Shown here in pieces: positions 40,491 through 53,400 of a stretch of DNA of 64,000 nt. Below the pieces are notes generated by a model, which was not told the origin of the DNA, made no database searches, and saw only the letters and a list, made by a program, of their open reading frames with translations. Position 1 is the first letter of the stretch, and each line of letters starts with the position of its first letter. The stretch is from Octopus vulgaris (taxonomy: Eukaryota): the NCBI GenBank assembly GCA_951406725.2, contig OX597815.1, positions 163,122,001 through 163,186,000 on the forward strand, given 5' to 3'. A program made the position numbers and the translations under genes.

Positions 40491-41756
40491 GACATCTTTC
40501 AGTTTCCATCTACCAAATCTATTCACAAGGATTTAGCCATCCCAGAGTTATAGTAGAAGATATTTGCTCACAGTGCCTTGCAGTGGGATTGAACCTAGGA
40601 CCGTGTGGTTAGTAAGGAAACTTCTTAATCACACTGCGACACCTGCACCTATAAAAGGTAATAAAGTTATATTAAGCATTCATATGGCTAACTAAGCCTA
40701 AAATATGATGTTTAGTTTGTAGGTAATCTAATTAGTGTAGGCGATAAATATACCTATTGCATAGTAATTACAATTGATAATGGTTTTAAATTTTGATATG
40801 AAGTCAGCAGGTTTGGGGTAGAGGTTAAGTCACTTTCACTGAGTCCCAGCATTCAACTGGAACTTATATCGTCTCTGAAAAATGAAAGGCAAAATTGACT
40901 TTGGTGGTATTTGAACTCAGAATGTAAAGACAGACGAAATACTGTGAAAGATTTTGCTCAGCATGCTTATGATTCTGCTGGCCTTCCAGACTTGTGCCTC
41001 GGTGGATAACTTTGTTGGTGCAATCCCATGGTTATTCATGACCAAAGGGGGTCTTTATGCAACCTGGGTATTCTACCAGACTGTCAAGATCTGACCTCTC
41101 ACACCTACTCTACCAAATTCATCTAAGAAATAAAGAACCACATCATTGAAATCTCAAAGCTATGAAATAATGCATGGTTAATTTAAAACAATTTGAATAT
41201 AAAAGCATCACAATCAAAAAAGTAACCTGATTGCTAAACGGTTAAATAGAATTAATAAGGAGAATGATAACATAGGTTTGTGGTTTAGTAGAATATTTAG
41301 AGCATTGGACAGAATATATTGTTTTGACTTTACTTTCTAAGTTCAAATCACATCAGGGTCAGCTTTACTCTTCATTTTATAAGGATCAAAAGAATAGCGT
41401 ATCAGTCCAGGACAATGGATTAGCAGATTTGTTAGCATGTTAGAGCATTCAAGTAATCCTACATGAATTGGTAATGAATGTATGTTATAGAATTGACAAA
41501 TAGCCTTTTGGTATTTGTGCTAGCTCTTATTGTTCTGAGTTCACTGTAATGGCACAAACTGTCCCTGGGGACTCAACGATTAGTACAGACAGGCTGCACT
41601 AGCTTCATGAAGTGTTCATGGTATGGATGGATGAGATTTGTAGCATGCATAATTGCTTGTCTTCCACATTAAATGTTGAGCAGGCTTGCACTCCAGAGAT
41701 GAACTTTACAGCTGGAGAAACACAGTCAGCTCTGAATAAACAAAGGATATATATAT

Positions 41757-41822
<66 letters not shown>

Positions 41823-42830
41823 GTATAAACACGTGTGTGTGTGTGTGCAGGCACAGTTGTGTGGTTAAGTTAAAAAACTTGTTTTGCCATCATGTGGTTT
41901 GGAGTTCAGTCCCACTGCTCGCCAGTGGCACATGGATAGCACCTTTTGAGTTTTGGGCCTCATGGAGGCAATGACTGAGACCTTTAGCATTACATTGTGC
42001 TTGGGAAGAAGATCCATCAAGCCAAGCAAAATCACAGTCATGGCAGATACTGGTGTCACACAAATGGCACTTATGCCAGTGGAATGTAAAAGCACCCATT
42101 ACACTCTCAGAGTGGTTAGCATTAGGAAGGGTATCCAGCTGTAGAAAACCATGCCAAATCAAACTAGAGTCTGGTGCAGCCGTCCAGTTTACCAACCCTG
42201 GTCAAACCATCCAACCCATGCCAGCATGGACAATGGATGTGAAATGATGATGATGATGATGATAACGATAATGAACACTGGTGGCATGGAGAGGGGAGGG
42301 TGGTATGCATGGGCGACTGTTGGTCTTCCATAAACAACCTTGTCTGGACTTGTGCCTTGGAGGGTGCAATCCCTTGGTCATTCATGACCAAAGGGGGTTT
42401 TATCCTTACCCCACTGAAAGGCCAGAAGCTGTGGGTTTTCATCCCGGAAAACTCCCTTTATAGATGCATAGTATTAAAAAATACTTTACACTTCAAAGCT
42501 AGGCAGAACAAAATTACACTAGAAGTAACCATGAGAGTAACATACATCTATTTCACCATTGCTGCAGCTTCTCAATGTCATGCATTTGTTGTGTCTTAGT
42601 GCAAAAGACAAACTGAATGCATAAGAAAATATGTGTAAGAAACAAAATACTCCATCATGCTGAGATGTTGGTACTTAATATGAAAGGCATGAGGAAACTG
42701 GAGAGAAATGTTGTGAGCTGAGTGATTAAGTTGCTGTAAAACTGAACTGTGGATTATATCTTTTATCCTTTACTTGTTTCTGTCATTAGAATTCGGCCAT
42801 GCTGGGGCACTGCCTTGAAAAAGTTTTATC

Positions 42831-42975
42831 AGATGTGGCATGCAAGAGACATTTGTGCTGGTATGGTCATGTACTACGGATGGATGAGGAGAGATGTGTG
42901 AAAAAGTGCCACTCCCAAACAGTTGAAGAATTCTGGGGTAGAGGTAGACCTAGGAAGACATGGGATGATTTGGTC
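42831..42975 (+). mobile_element. RTE LINE 3' fragment
   Basis: HLCWYGHVLRMDEERCVKK...GRGRPRKTWDD. Confidence 0.8.
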
Positions 42976-45023
42976 ATGCATGGAGTGGTTTGCGTTAGGA
43001 AGGGCGTCCAGCTGTAGAAACACTGCCAGATCAGACTGGAGCTTGGTGCAGCCTCCTGGCTTCCCAGACCCCGGTCGAACTGTCCAACCCATGCTAGCAT
43101 AGAAAACTGGCATTAAACGATGATGATGATGATGATGATGAATTGACCTCAGCACTTTTCTTTTAAGCTTGATACTTATTATATCATGTATTCGCTGAAT
43201 CATTAAGTTACAGAGATGTAAACACACCAACACCAATTGTCAAGTGGTAGTGAGGGTCAAACACAGACAGAAACATACACACACACACACACACATATAT
43301 GATAGGATTCTTTCAGTTTCCATCTATTGAATCCACTCACAAGGCTTTGGTCAGCCTAAGGATATAGTAGAAGACACTTGCCCAAGGTGCCATGCAATGG
43401 GACTGAACCTGGAGCCATGTTTGTTGGGGGAATAAACTTCTTACCACTCATAGCACAAACCAAAATAAAACCCTGAAGAAGTAAAATGAAACATTTGAAA
43501 AAAATGAAATATTTTCGATTTAAACAAAAACTCTTTACTGGAATCTAATCATTCATTGTTTTCAGATGTAAAACCAAAAACTAAACAAAAAAGATGGAAA
43601 ACTATTTTTGTTTATTCACATTAATTATTGAATGATCAATGCTTCTGATATATTTAGCATGTTGTTTTCTTTTTCATCTTTTTAATCTTACTGCCAGCAA
43701 GGATTTTCAATAATGCAGTTCTTCAATTTATAGCAGTGGTTTCTAATTTTTTGTTACTCAGCTCCCCCTTTTTTCATTGAATGGCCTTTTACAAATGTCT
43801 CTCAAAATACTTAGCAACAAAAATACATTCATAAAAAATAAGAGCAGACTTGAGGAAGTTTTATTGTTGGTTGGTGGTCTGTTCCCACAGTATTTGACCT
43901 CAAATAACATCTCTTGCAGATGTGCTGTGTTAAAAATACAATAGATATTGGAGAGGTAATATCTATCCCCACTTAAACATTGGATGTTCTGTTGGAACAA
44001 ACTATACTGTGGTAGATACCATGAGAGAACCTGTACTTTTTCTATATCACCAGTGGGGAGATAAATCCCCACCATCTCTAGTGCTGAGACCACAAGATCA
44101 TTTGATTTCAATCTCCCTGTATGCAACTGAGGTAATATATATACATTAAGAAAGCAATGAGCTGGCAGAAACATTAGCACGCTGGACAAAATGCTTAGCA
44201 GTATTCCATCTGTCTTTATGTTCTGTGTTCAAATCCCGCCGAGGTCAACTATGCCTTTCATCTTTTCGGGCATTGTGCCTAAAGTAGAGAAAACTATATA
44301 TACATTAAGTGATACATAAACAACACATATTTTTAATGAAATGGAAGATAATTTTTTGGCACAGTGGTCTATTATCCATATTTTCTTATAGTACCCCATT
44401 CAACATGGCTGGCTGGATATACATTACAATATTTGCATGAATTTACATCAAGGGTTGTACCCATAACACCCGTTGGCATGGTTAGTTGGCAAGATACTCA
44501 GTGTATTCTTCAAAACATCTATATATGTGGACATACATGGATATCTCTAATTGAGCAGATTTATAACTATCCCATGTTCTTGTAGACATAACTAGTCATA
44601 ACTGGTCATAACTAGTCTGTAGTTATCTAATGGTAATATAAACAGAAATAAAGAAAAGTCAGAATCAATAACATCAATATCTGTATCAAAAATTGAAATA
44701 ACATTGCAGTTACAAAACAAACTATAAAACATCAAATGCTTAGATCACCATCTAAGCATTTGTGAGTAAAATGAAAACTTATTTTATTAGCATTTTCTAA
44801 ATTGGTTTATAAGATTAGAAGTTGAACATATCCAATGCTCTTTGTTTTTCTTATTTGGCATTAGATCCGTTCTGATTGAGCAGATTTATAACCATCGAGA
44901 CTAGTCATAACCAGTCATATCCAGTATGTCATTTTGGCTAACATACCCAGCAGAAATCAGTCATAAGCATCCTATCTTTTTGTGACATGTAAGCATATGA
45001 CCAGTCATAACCATCTTGTTGTT

Positions 45024-45216
45024 AAGCAACAAGACAGGTAAGGGTGATCAGGTGATGGTCAAGGGCTTAGGGGCGGGAGACCCCAGACCTTGGAAAAAAA
45101 AATAACTTTGTTCATCTTGTTGTAGTCGAGGGCTCTTCATTGACGCCCGACACCACTGGGAGGTGGCCCTCGAAGTTGCTGGAAATGGAGATCTCCAGGT
45201 CCAAATTCTTGGATGG
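45024..45216 (-). mobile_element. ~190-bp retroposon with a candidate 5' HDV-like ribozyme (copy 1)
   Basis: TSD CATCTTGTTGTT / CATCTTGCTGTT (45012-45023, 45217-45228). Colinear with 50562-50752. Confidence 0.75.
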
Positions 45217-45484
45217 CATCTTGCTGTTTTGCCCAACATAGTGAATCTGAACCTTTATTATTCAGTACATCCTTTATTTTTGGAAGACTGTACTGCATGA
45301 TTTGAAGAAGTATTGACTCTCACCCCATTTATTTGCCCTATGTACTATGTTATCAGTTTAGCAGGGTTTATAAGATTGTGAATTTTTGAGCTGGAAAGAA
45401 AGATTATTGATGATTTGTTGAAATATCTGAGATTTTTTAGGAGTGTGTTTTTTGTTCTTTTTTTGTGTGATTTGTTGTAGAGTA

Positions 45485-45800
45485 GGTGGTTCTCAGCCTT
45501 TTTTTTTTTTACCTATAGTCCCTTAGATTACTATTTTATTCTGGCAGATCTCCATAGCCATTCCATGTTTAAAAACCAGTTTTATAGAAACTTCTTTCAA
45601 AATTTTATTTTCTTATTTGCTCATGCACTTGTATAGGTTGAACTTTGTAAAATGTTAGGGAAAGAAACGTAGTAATTTTAATGCATATATTTAAATCAAA
45701 ACTTTTTGTGGGTTCTTAAAATACTACTGTGAATCCCCAATTTATTATTTTACTAGCATGAAACCCCAGGGGTCATATGGATCCAAGTTGAAAGCCGTTG
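45485..45800. mobile_element. hAT (Charlie-type) MITE
   Basis: Degenerate TIRs GTGGTTCTCAGCC and AGTTGAAAGCCGTTG. Confidence 0.5.
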
Positions 45801-45809
45801 TTCTAGAGG

Positions 45810-46260
45810 AAGAAGTTGTACATATTTGCAGGCCCTCTGATGCTGGTGAGACTGAGGTGGTTGAAGTCTTTTTTCTTAAACAGGGAAACATATGAGCAGA
45901 GTGGTATTCTACAGGACCAAAATTCTTTCTTGTGAGAAAGGACAGGGTAAAACACAGAGCTGAGGGTTGAAGGATGGGTGATGACAATATAGATGATGTT
46001 GAGGAAGAGAGAGACAAGTAGGCTGGGAAGGCTTGAGTTGGAGTAATTCAAGAGCAACCAGCTCTGAGAAGCAAAGGCCATTGTAGTAGCAATAGAGAAG
46101 TCATAGGGAGGACATAACACATCTGTAGGCCTGAAGTTGAGAATGTCAGTGACTGACCTCATGCCACTCAGTTGGATAGGCTTTTTTTTTTTTTTAGTTG
46201 CTGTAGACTAGGATGTCTGTAAGTGTAGCAGCAGTACCATTCCTGGCGTGGGAGTAGTAA
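45810..46260 (-). mobile_element. CR1/L2-like LINE endonuclease remnant
   Basis: Decayed coding-like purine-rich + strand. No intact motif. Confidence 0.35.
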
Positions 46261-47853
46261 ACCTTTGTTATCCAATAGAGCTTTAAAATAGAGATAAAAG
46301 ATTTAGGCCTTTACACACGTTAAATATGATTGTAAAACGTCAATGTTATAAACAATTTTATTATTCACACAGGGAAAATTCTATAGAACTTGTTATTCAA
46401 TGGGTCTGCAACTCTCCTTGATTTTCTTTCTGAGAAACCATTTCATTTGCTTTCCATTTCAATGAATTCCATCCACAGAAAATTATGAACCTTTAAACTC
46501 ACAGATACTTTATCTTCTTCCTTGTAAGCAGTGTGCTTACAACAAAATATCCATTCGGTTAAAATTTCTCATGCATAACTTTGATAATAATGGATTCTTG
46601 AAACACACAGATTATCTGATCTCATATTAAAATTACAGACTCTTTTCAAAGTAAGTACTGCATAAACATCATAAAATAACTTCCTGTGTTGTTGTTTAAC
46701 CCTGGGTTATCTATCATTGCACATACTTACCATACTTACAATCAAAGCAAAGGCATTCCAGCCATGACCATCTTGTAATTTTAAGAATGCTAGGAGTACA
46801 TTATCTAATATGTTTTTCCATTTTCTTTTTTGAATGAAGGCACAAATTGATGTAAACTTGGTTACTATTTCCAGTAGACCACATAGAGCTTTCTTTACCA
46901 AGTCATGTGTTTTGCAGAGTTTTGATGTTATTGTTAGCAGGACACTGTGTGTTGTACAAATTTATCTAATTTTATTTTATTAACTATATTATTTGTTTCA
47001 TTTTTTTTTATTTTTCTGATGCATTGTTGGTTTCTATTTCCTCTTTAATATATAGATATACCATATCAGTCAATGTTCTCTGTTTTAGCATTGAGATCTC
47101 ATGAATAAAATAGTTCAACACAATCTGTCAATCACATGATTGGATCATTGAGAATTTCTTCAATCTTTTTGCACTGAAACCTCTAGCTTTTAGCTTAGTC
47201 TTTTGTCCTCCTCATGCATGCTCTACATTTCTTTATTTTTCATACTTTTCAAGCCTAGCCAGGCTCATGGGCCCTGTTTCTCAATTTCTATGGCATATGT
47301 GTTCCCCTCAGCTGGACAGGGCGCCAGTCCATTGCAGCATTACTCAAGAAACAGGAAGAGAGAGTGAGAGAAAGTGTGGCAAAAGAGTACAACATGGGTC
47401 ACCACCACCCCCTGTCAGAGCCTCGTGGAGCTTTTAGGTGTTTTCACTCAATAAACACACACAACGACCGGTCTGGGAATTGAAGCTGCGATCCTCCAAC
47501 TGCGAGTCCGCTACCCTAACCACTGGGCCATTGCGCCTCCACTCTACACTAGTTACTGGTTTAAAGATTAAAATGCATTTTTTAATATGTTCTTAAGATT
47601 TACTCTGTTAAATGTAATGATTGTTTATTCACATTATTTTGAATTATTCATGCATTTTCTCATATTTTTGAGATTTCAGTGATTGTTTATTTTTAGAATG
47701 ACATTGTAGGGTATGTATGAGAAATTAGATCTTGTTGGTTTGAATGTAAAGCAGGTAAGATATTTCGGTTTGATATGATTGGTTTAAATACTAATGGTTT
47801 AAAGTTACTTTCAGTTTTTCCATCGCCACACACATCTGAAACTAAGGAGTATA

Positions 47854-48070
47854 CGATGGGATGCTGGAAAGTTCCTCGCTTTGAGTAAAAGAAAATTTAC
47901 AGGAAGATCAGTAAATTATGATATTATTCAACATATACTCCTCTCAGATTCACACACTTATTGCAGTGGTCCTTCACTTTTTCTAAGACCAATAAAAGAA
48001 CTTAAAAGGTTTGACCTCTAACCAGGCCTTTTATGATACCCTTAAAACCAGCGACTTTTCAGCACCCCCT
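47854..48070. mobile_element. Non-autonomous mariner MITE
   Basis: TA-CGATGGGATGCTGGAAAGTTCC ... GACTTTTCAGCACCCCCT-TA. Confidence 0.75.
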
Positions 48071-48208
48071 TAGTTAATTCTGTGCACTGCCCTTCATCAG
48101 CAAAAGTTTAATAAAGAAAATTCAGGTATAAAAGAAAAATTCTAAAACATGTTTTTTCTTCTAGAATGTACAGTCTATTTAATTCTATTTCACAATTTAT
48201 TATTTCAG

Positions 48209-48386
48209 GGTGGGAACAAGAGAGTACCAGCAACGTATAACCAACTACCTCGTGGTTATTCCACAGAAAACCCTGACCTGCCATCAACTTTTGTTGTTAA
48301 GGAATCTGGAAAACAATTTCAGTATGCAAATCGTCAGCTTGAATCCTATTTCCATCCCACTTTCTCCAAACCTTCAACTAATAAAG
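48209..48386 (+). CDS. Exon of putative gene 2 (GGNKRVPATYNQLPRGYSTENPDLPSTFVVKESGKQFQYANRQLESYFHPTFSKPSTNK)
   Basis: Acceptor aatttattatttcag|, donor AAG|gtttga, 178 nt, unique and coding-like. A second frame is also open. Confidence 0.6.
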
Positions 48387-48842
48387 GTTTGAATCTCTTT
48401 GGTCATTTATCAACTACTTTTAAATGTAAGACAACGATGGGGGCCTCTTCACACTTGTTAGATCTTCAGGAAATAACAACCAAGTATCCCTCAAATAACA
48501 TATTACTAGCTAAGAAAATTGAAGGATACAGATATTGTAATCCTAGATACAGTATGACATTAGGACAACATTATCTATTGTATCCTTAAAAAATATAATA
48601 AGATAAAGATTGAACAGTCACAATGGAAATTACTTTGATCATAGGTTTATAAAAGGAAGACTGACCTTGGATTAAACAATAACAACTTCCTTGAATGAAC
48701 TGTTAAATCAATAGTGTATATTTGTTAATCATTGTTAATCAATGAGGTTTCATATCTTTGAATGACTTTGTAGTTACTCTTCTACCTATAAGCAAGATGT
48801 TATGTGAAATAATGTATTTCATATATATGTTACCTATATTTT

Positions 48843-49205
48843 GAGGCACAGGCCTGGCTGTGTGGAAAGAAGTTTGCTTCTCAACCACATGGTTCTGGGT
48901 TCAGCCCCACTATGTGGCACTTTGGGCAAGTGTCTTCTCCTGTAACCTTGGGCTAACCAATGTTTTGCGAGTGGATTTGACAGATGGAAACTGAAAGAAG
49001 CCTGTCATGTGTGTGTGTGTGTGTTTTTGTGTTTTTGTCCTCACCACTGCTTGTCAACCAGTGTCGGTGTGTTTATGTCCCCATAATTTAGTGATCCAGA
49101 AAAGAAGCCAATGGAATAAGTATTGGGGTCAGTTCATTTGACTAAAATCCATCAAGGTAGTGCTCCAGCATGGCCACAGTCTTACGACTGAAACAAATGA
49201 AAAGA
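48843..49205 (+). mobile_element. Family B SINE
   Basis: Head, core and GACTGAAACAA tail are present. Confidence 0.85.
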
Positions 49206-50561
49206 AAAAAAAAAAGCAAGATTTGAGCAGTGTCTCTTGGGAATGTACAAAGTGATTCCAGTACATCTTCCACACATAAAAAACAACAACACAGAAGTTC
49301 TCTTCTTGAAGGTGACCCAATACTGTCCATAAATTACCTTTGAATGTCATCTACCATTTTAAGTAGCAGCATCCCTTCTGCTTCAGTTTCCTCATGGTAA
49401 AAAAAGATGAAGCTCAAGATACGCATCAAGGTATAACTGCTCATCATTCGAGTTTCAAGAGCAGGAAGATCACCTTCATAGGAATATGAATTCAGGTTTT
49501 CCATGGGATTCTCTGGTCAGACTCCATTAACTCTATGTTCTGTGGATGTATTGATTAACAGTAATATTTGGGCAACTCATAACCATTGGTAACCAGCTAA
49601 TCAAATCAGTCCACAAATATGTTTCAAGTTCTTGGGATCTGCTTGTGCTCAGTTATTACATAAGGCTGTTTAACAGTGTGTAAGGACAACTTTGTGATTT
49701 TTATGATGGCTAATGAAGTAAAGCAAAGCACCTCATATAACACCTCATAACTTTTTTATTTTCTGGAATTTTCAGAATATATTTCTGAATTTGTGTTCTA
49801 CACTCGAAAATTCATATGATTAAGCAAAAAGAAAAAAGAAATTTGTGCGATCTAAGGGTGATTTGGCTGTTATTTTAAGCACATCTCACAACCATCTGAC
49901 ACCTTCCTCGTATCCTTATCACTCTGAGATATATTGATGTTTATCAATATTTTTTTCCCCATAAACACATTTTAATGGAATAATGGTGCACCCAAGTGTT
50001 ATTTAGTGCTGAGATTTAAAGCAAAAATTTAAAACCGTCTGCATTTTATACTTTGATTTAAAAAAAACAAATTTTAAGTGTGTGAACTTTTAGGATTTAT
50101 GGGGGATTTATTCATAATCATATGAATTCCAAAAGATAAACAAGTTATGAGGGGTTATATGAGGTGCTTAGACCAGAATGCTGCCCACAAAGCTACAACC
50201 AATACTCTTAGAATGGTTTATCAGATTTTTGGTAAGAATTCTTTAACTGAAACTATTAACTTTAACTGCTTTTGTTCTTATAGTTGTTTAACTCGTGGAC
50301 ATTACTGACTGAGAAAACCTATGATCTTAAGTGTTCCAACCATTCCCATTTTATTTTAATCTGGAATTGTATACTTTTGACTACATTATAGAATGTTATT
50401 TATGAAGATAGTATAGTTTGAGGGAAATTAGGCTGTTATTTCTATGAAGTTAAATGACCATGTAGAGGCTCCCTTATCTCAACTTGTTTTTGTTTTATTT
50501 GTTTGGTGGTGGTGTTGGTAGTGGTGACAGTGCTGCTGCTGCTGCTGTTGTTGTTGTTGTT

Positions 50562-50752
50562 AAACAACAAGACGGGTAAGGGTGAATGGGTGATGATCTA
50601 GGGCTTAGGGGCAGGAGACCCCAGACCTTGGAAAAAAAAAACTTTGGTCGTCTTGTTGTAGTCGAGGGCTCTTTGTTGATATCCAACACCACTGGGAGGT
50701 GGCCCTCGAAGTCCCTGGAAATGGAGATCTCCAGGTCCAAATTCTTGAACGG
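50562..50752 (-). mobile_element. ~190-bp retroposon with a candidate 5' HDV-like ribozyme (copy 2)
   Basis: Same ends as copy 1, an (AAC)n tail, and (CTG)n on both sides (TSD-like). Confidence 0.75.
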
Positions 50753-51921
50753 CTGCTGCTGCTGCTGACACTGGTGCTGGTGGTGGTGCTAACAAATTGA
50801 ACTCACAACAGTCCCAACTAATTCAGAGATATCAAAAAAAAAACAAAAAAAAAAAGTTAATGAGCCTGAATAGAAGGAACAGTACCTACAACCCTTCTGC
50901 AGGCCCTAATAATACTGCTGAGATCAATACAATTACTTTTCAGTTTGAAATTCTACAGGCTGGTACCTGTAGGGTGATTGTCTGGGAAGGTTGTGGTCAG
51001 GCAAAGAAAGGACTCTAAGAAGTGTTTAGTATAGATTGCAGGGGTTAAGATACAGATAGCTTGGATGAAAGAATGAGAAGTGAGTGAACCTTGGTGGCAT
51101 ACTGATCAACTGTTTAGAGTTGGATCATGATTGTAAGGTCATGAATTTGATTCTGCAGGAGTGGCTGTGTGGTAAGAATCTTGCTTCCCAACCACATGGT
51201 TCTGGGTTCAGTCCCACTGTGTGGCACCTTGGGCAAGTGTCTTCTACTATAACTTTGGGCTGATTAAAGCCTTGTGAGTGGATTTGGTAGACACATGGAA
51301 GTATGGTGTGTATGGAAGTTATACCTGATGAAAACTTATTTTACAGGGTTTTTTTGTCCAATCCATGCCAGCATGGAAGACATGTTAAATGACGATGACA
51401 ATAATAATGATGCTGCTGTTGTTGTTTAACCCCAGTCATCCCTGACAGGAAAGACATGAGGAAAAGCATTCTAGCTATAACATTCCATCATCTAGCTGTT
51501 TGCAGATGAAATTCATTAAAGACCCATATATAAAAAATGGTTTAAGCCTTAAGATCAAAACAGCACTTAATTATAAGTAACACTGCACACTTATGAGTTA
51601 TAATTCATTATACCTGATACATGTATAATATAAACAAATTTTTGCAATTCTTTGAAAATCTTAGCTGTGGAGATTGTAGTTTGTATGAAAATATCCTATT
51701 GTCCTTTTGCAATAAACAGGAAACACCATATGTTCCAGCATATAAATTGACTTAGTATAAAGTGTAAACATTAAAAAAAAACCTTCACTGTCTTTCCAAA
51801 TCCTGTTGCATTTCACATAGAAGTTTTGGTCCTCCAAAAATATCTTGGTGTATTCGTCAACCCATCTTTGTTGGCTGTGCACATTTCAGTTTGAAAAATT
51901 CAATTTGTAAGGTGGAAAATA

Positions 51922-52240
51922 CATCATCATCATCATCATCATCATCGTTTAGCGTCCGTTTTCCATGCTAGCATGGGTTGGACGGTTCTACTGGGGTCTG
52001 TGAAGCCAGAAGGCTTCATCAAGCCCAGTCAGATCTGGCAGTGTTTCTACGGCTGGATGCCCTTCCTAACGCCAACCACTCTGTGAGTGTAGTGGGTGCT
52101 TTTTACGTGCCAACCGCACAGGTGCCAGACAGAGCTGGCAAACAGCCACGAACAGATGGTGCTTTTTATGTGCCACCGGCACGGGGGCCAGGCGAGGCTG
52201 GCAACGGACACGAACAGATAGTGCTTTTTACAGTAACTGG
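51922..52240 (-). mobile_element. Family C SINE
   Basis: (CAT)n tail and core. Confidence 0.85.
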
Positions 52241-52612
52241 AATTTTTCTGGTTACTTAAAAGAACAATAGAATGTTTCCACATCAGCTGTAATGTCCACA
52301 ACTAAGGTTTTCAAATGAATAATTTTAGAGTTATCTACATTCTACATGTCTTAGGTATTAAAATTTACATTGCATCTTGTGTAAATATATTCTAGTGATT
52401 GGTTACTTTTCTCAATATATATGAGCCTTTTCTCACAGTTTGTTATGCACTTGTAACTCACTCTTGGTACTAAAAAGGTTTTGTCACATTTACTCTAACA
52501 TAACAGAAATTTCTAGCTAAAGAAAGACCTGTTTATTGTATACTTATATGGTATAGGATGTTTAATACAACATAATTTTAAGTTTAGGCTCTGTCATTTT
52601 GGTTTACTTTAG

Positions 52613-52635
52613 ATGTAACACCGGATGAAGTTTAA
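52613..52635 (+). CDS. Candidate terminal coding exon of putative gene 2 (DVTPDEV*)
   Basis: Acceptor tcattttggtttactttag|. Phase 1 matches the 48386 donor. Confidence 0.3.
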
Positions 52636-52699
52636 TGCTGCTCCCCATTCAGTTCAAATGGCTGGGGGAATTAATGCATGCTTGTATACATACATGTGA

Positions 52700-53192
52700 A
52701 GATGCATGGCTTAGTGTTCAGTGTTGATTGCAAGATTGTGATTTTGATTTCCAGATCAACAGTGAGTGCTTTGTGATCTTGAGCACTCTGCTGGTTATGA
52801 CGATGAGGGTCCCAGTTGATCCAATTCATGGAACAGCCTGCTCTTGAAATTAACATGCAAGTGGCTGAGCACTCCACATACATGTGTATGTGTACCCTTA
52901 ACGTAGTCCTCAGATAGATTCAGCATGACACAGAATGTGACAAGGCTGGCCCTTTGAAATACAGGTACTACTCATTCTTGCCAGCTGAGTGGACTGGAGC
53001 AATGTGAAATAAAGTGTCTTGCTCAAGGACACAACACACTTTTATTATTTTATTCTTTTACTTGTTTCAGTCATTTGGCTGCGGTCATGCTGGAGCACCA
53101 CCTTAGTTGGACAAATCAGGGGATGTAAACACACCAACATCGGTTGTCAAGTGATGGTAGGGGGACAAACGCAGACACACAAATACATACAT

Positions 53193-53231
<39 letters not shown>

Positions 53232-53400
53232 ACAGGCTTCTTCCAGTTTTACGTTTACCAAATCCACTCACAAGGCTTTGGTTAGCCCAAGGCTATTGTA
53301 GAAGACGCTTGCCCAAGGTGCCACACAGTGGGACTGAACCCAGAACTATGTGGTTGGTAAGCAAGCTTCTTACCACACAGCTACTCTTGTAGAATCAAAT
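52700..53400. mobile_element. SINE cluster (family E/Nin-like block and a minus-strand family B copy)
   Basis: GTGGCTGAGCACTCCACA..GTACCCTTAACGTAG block, then a B copy at 53050-53390. Confidence 0.75.

Noticed and set aside
43758-44189. 143-aa minus-strand ORF
   Set aside because: It starts in a SINE and ends in a MITE-like end, with no recognisable domain or compatible partner exon.
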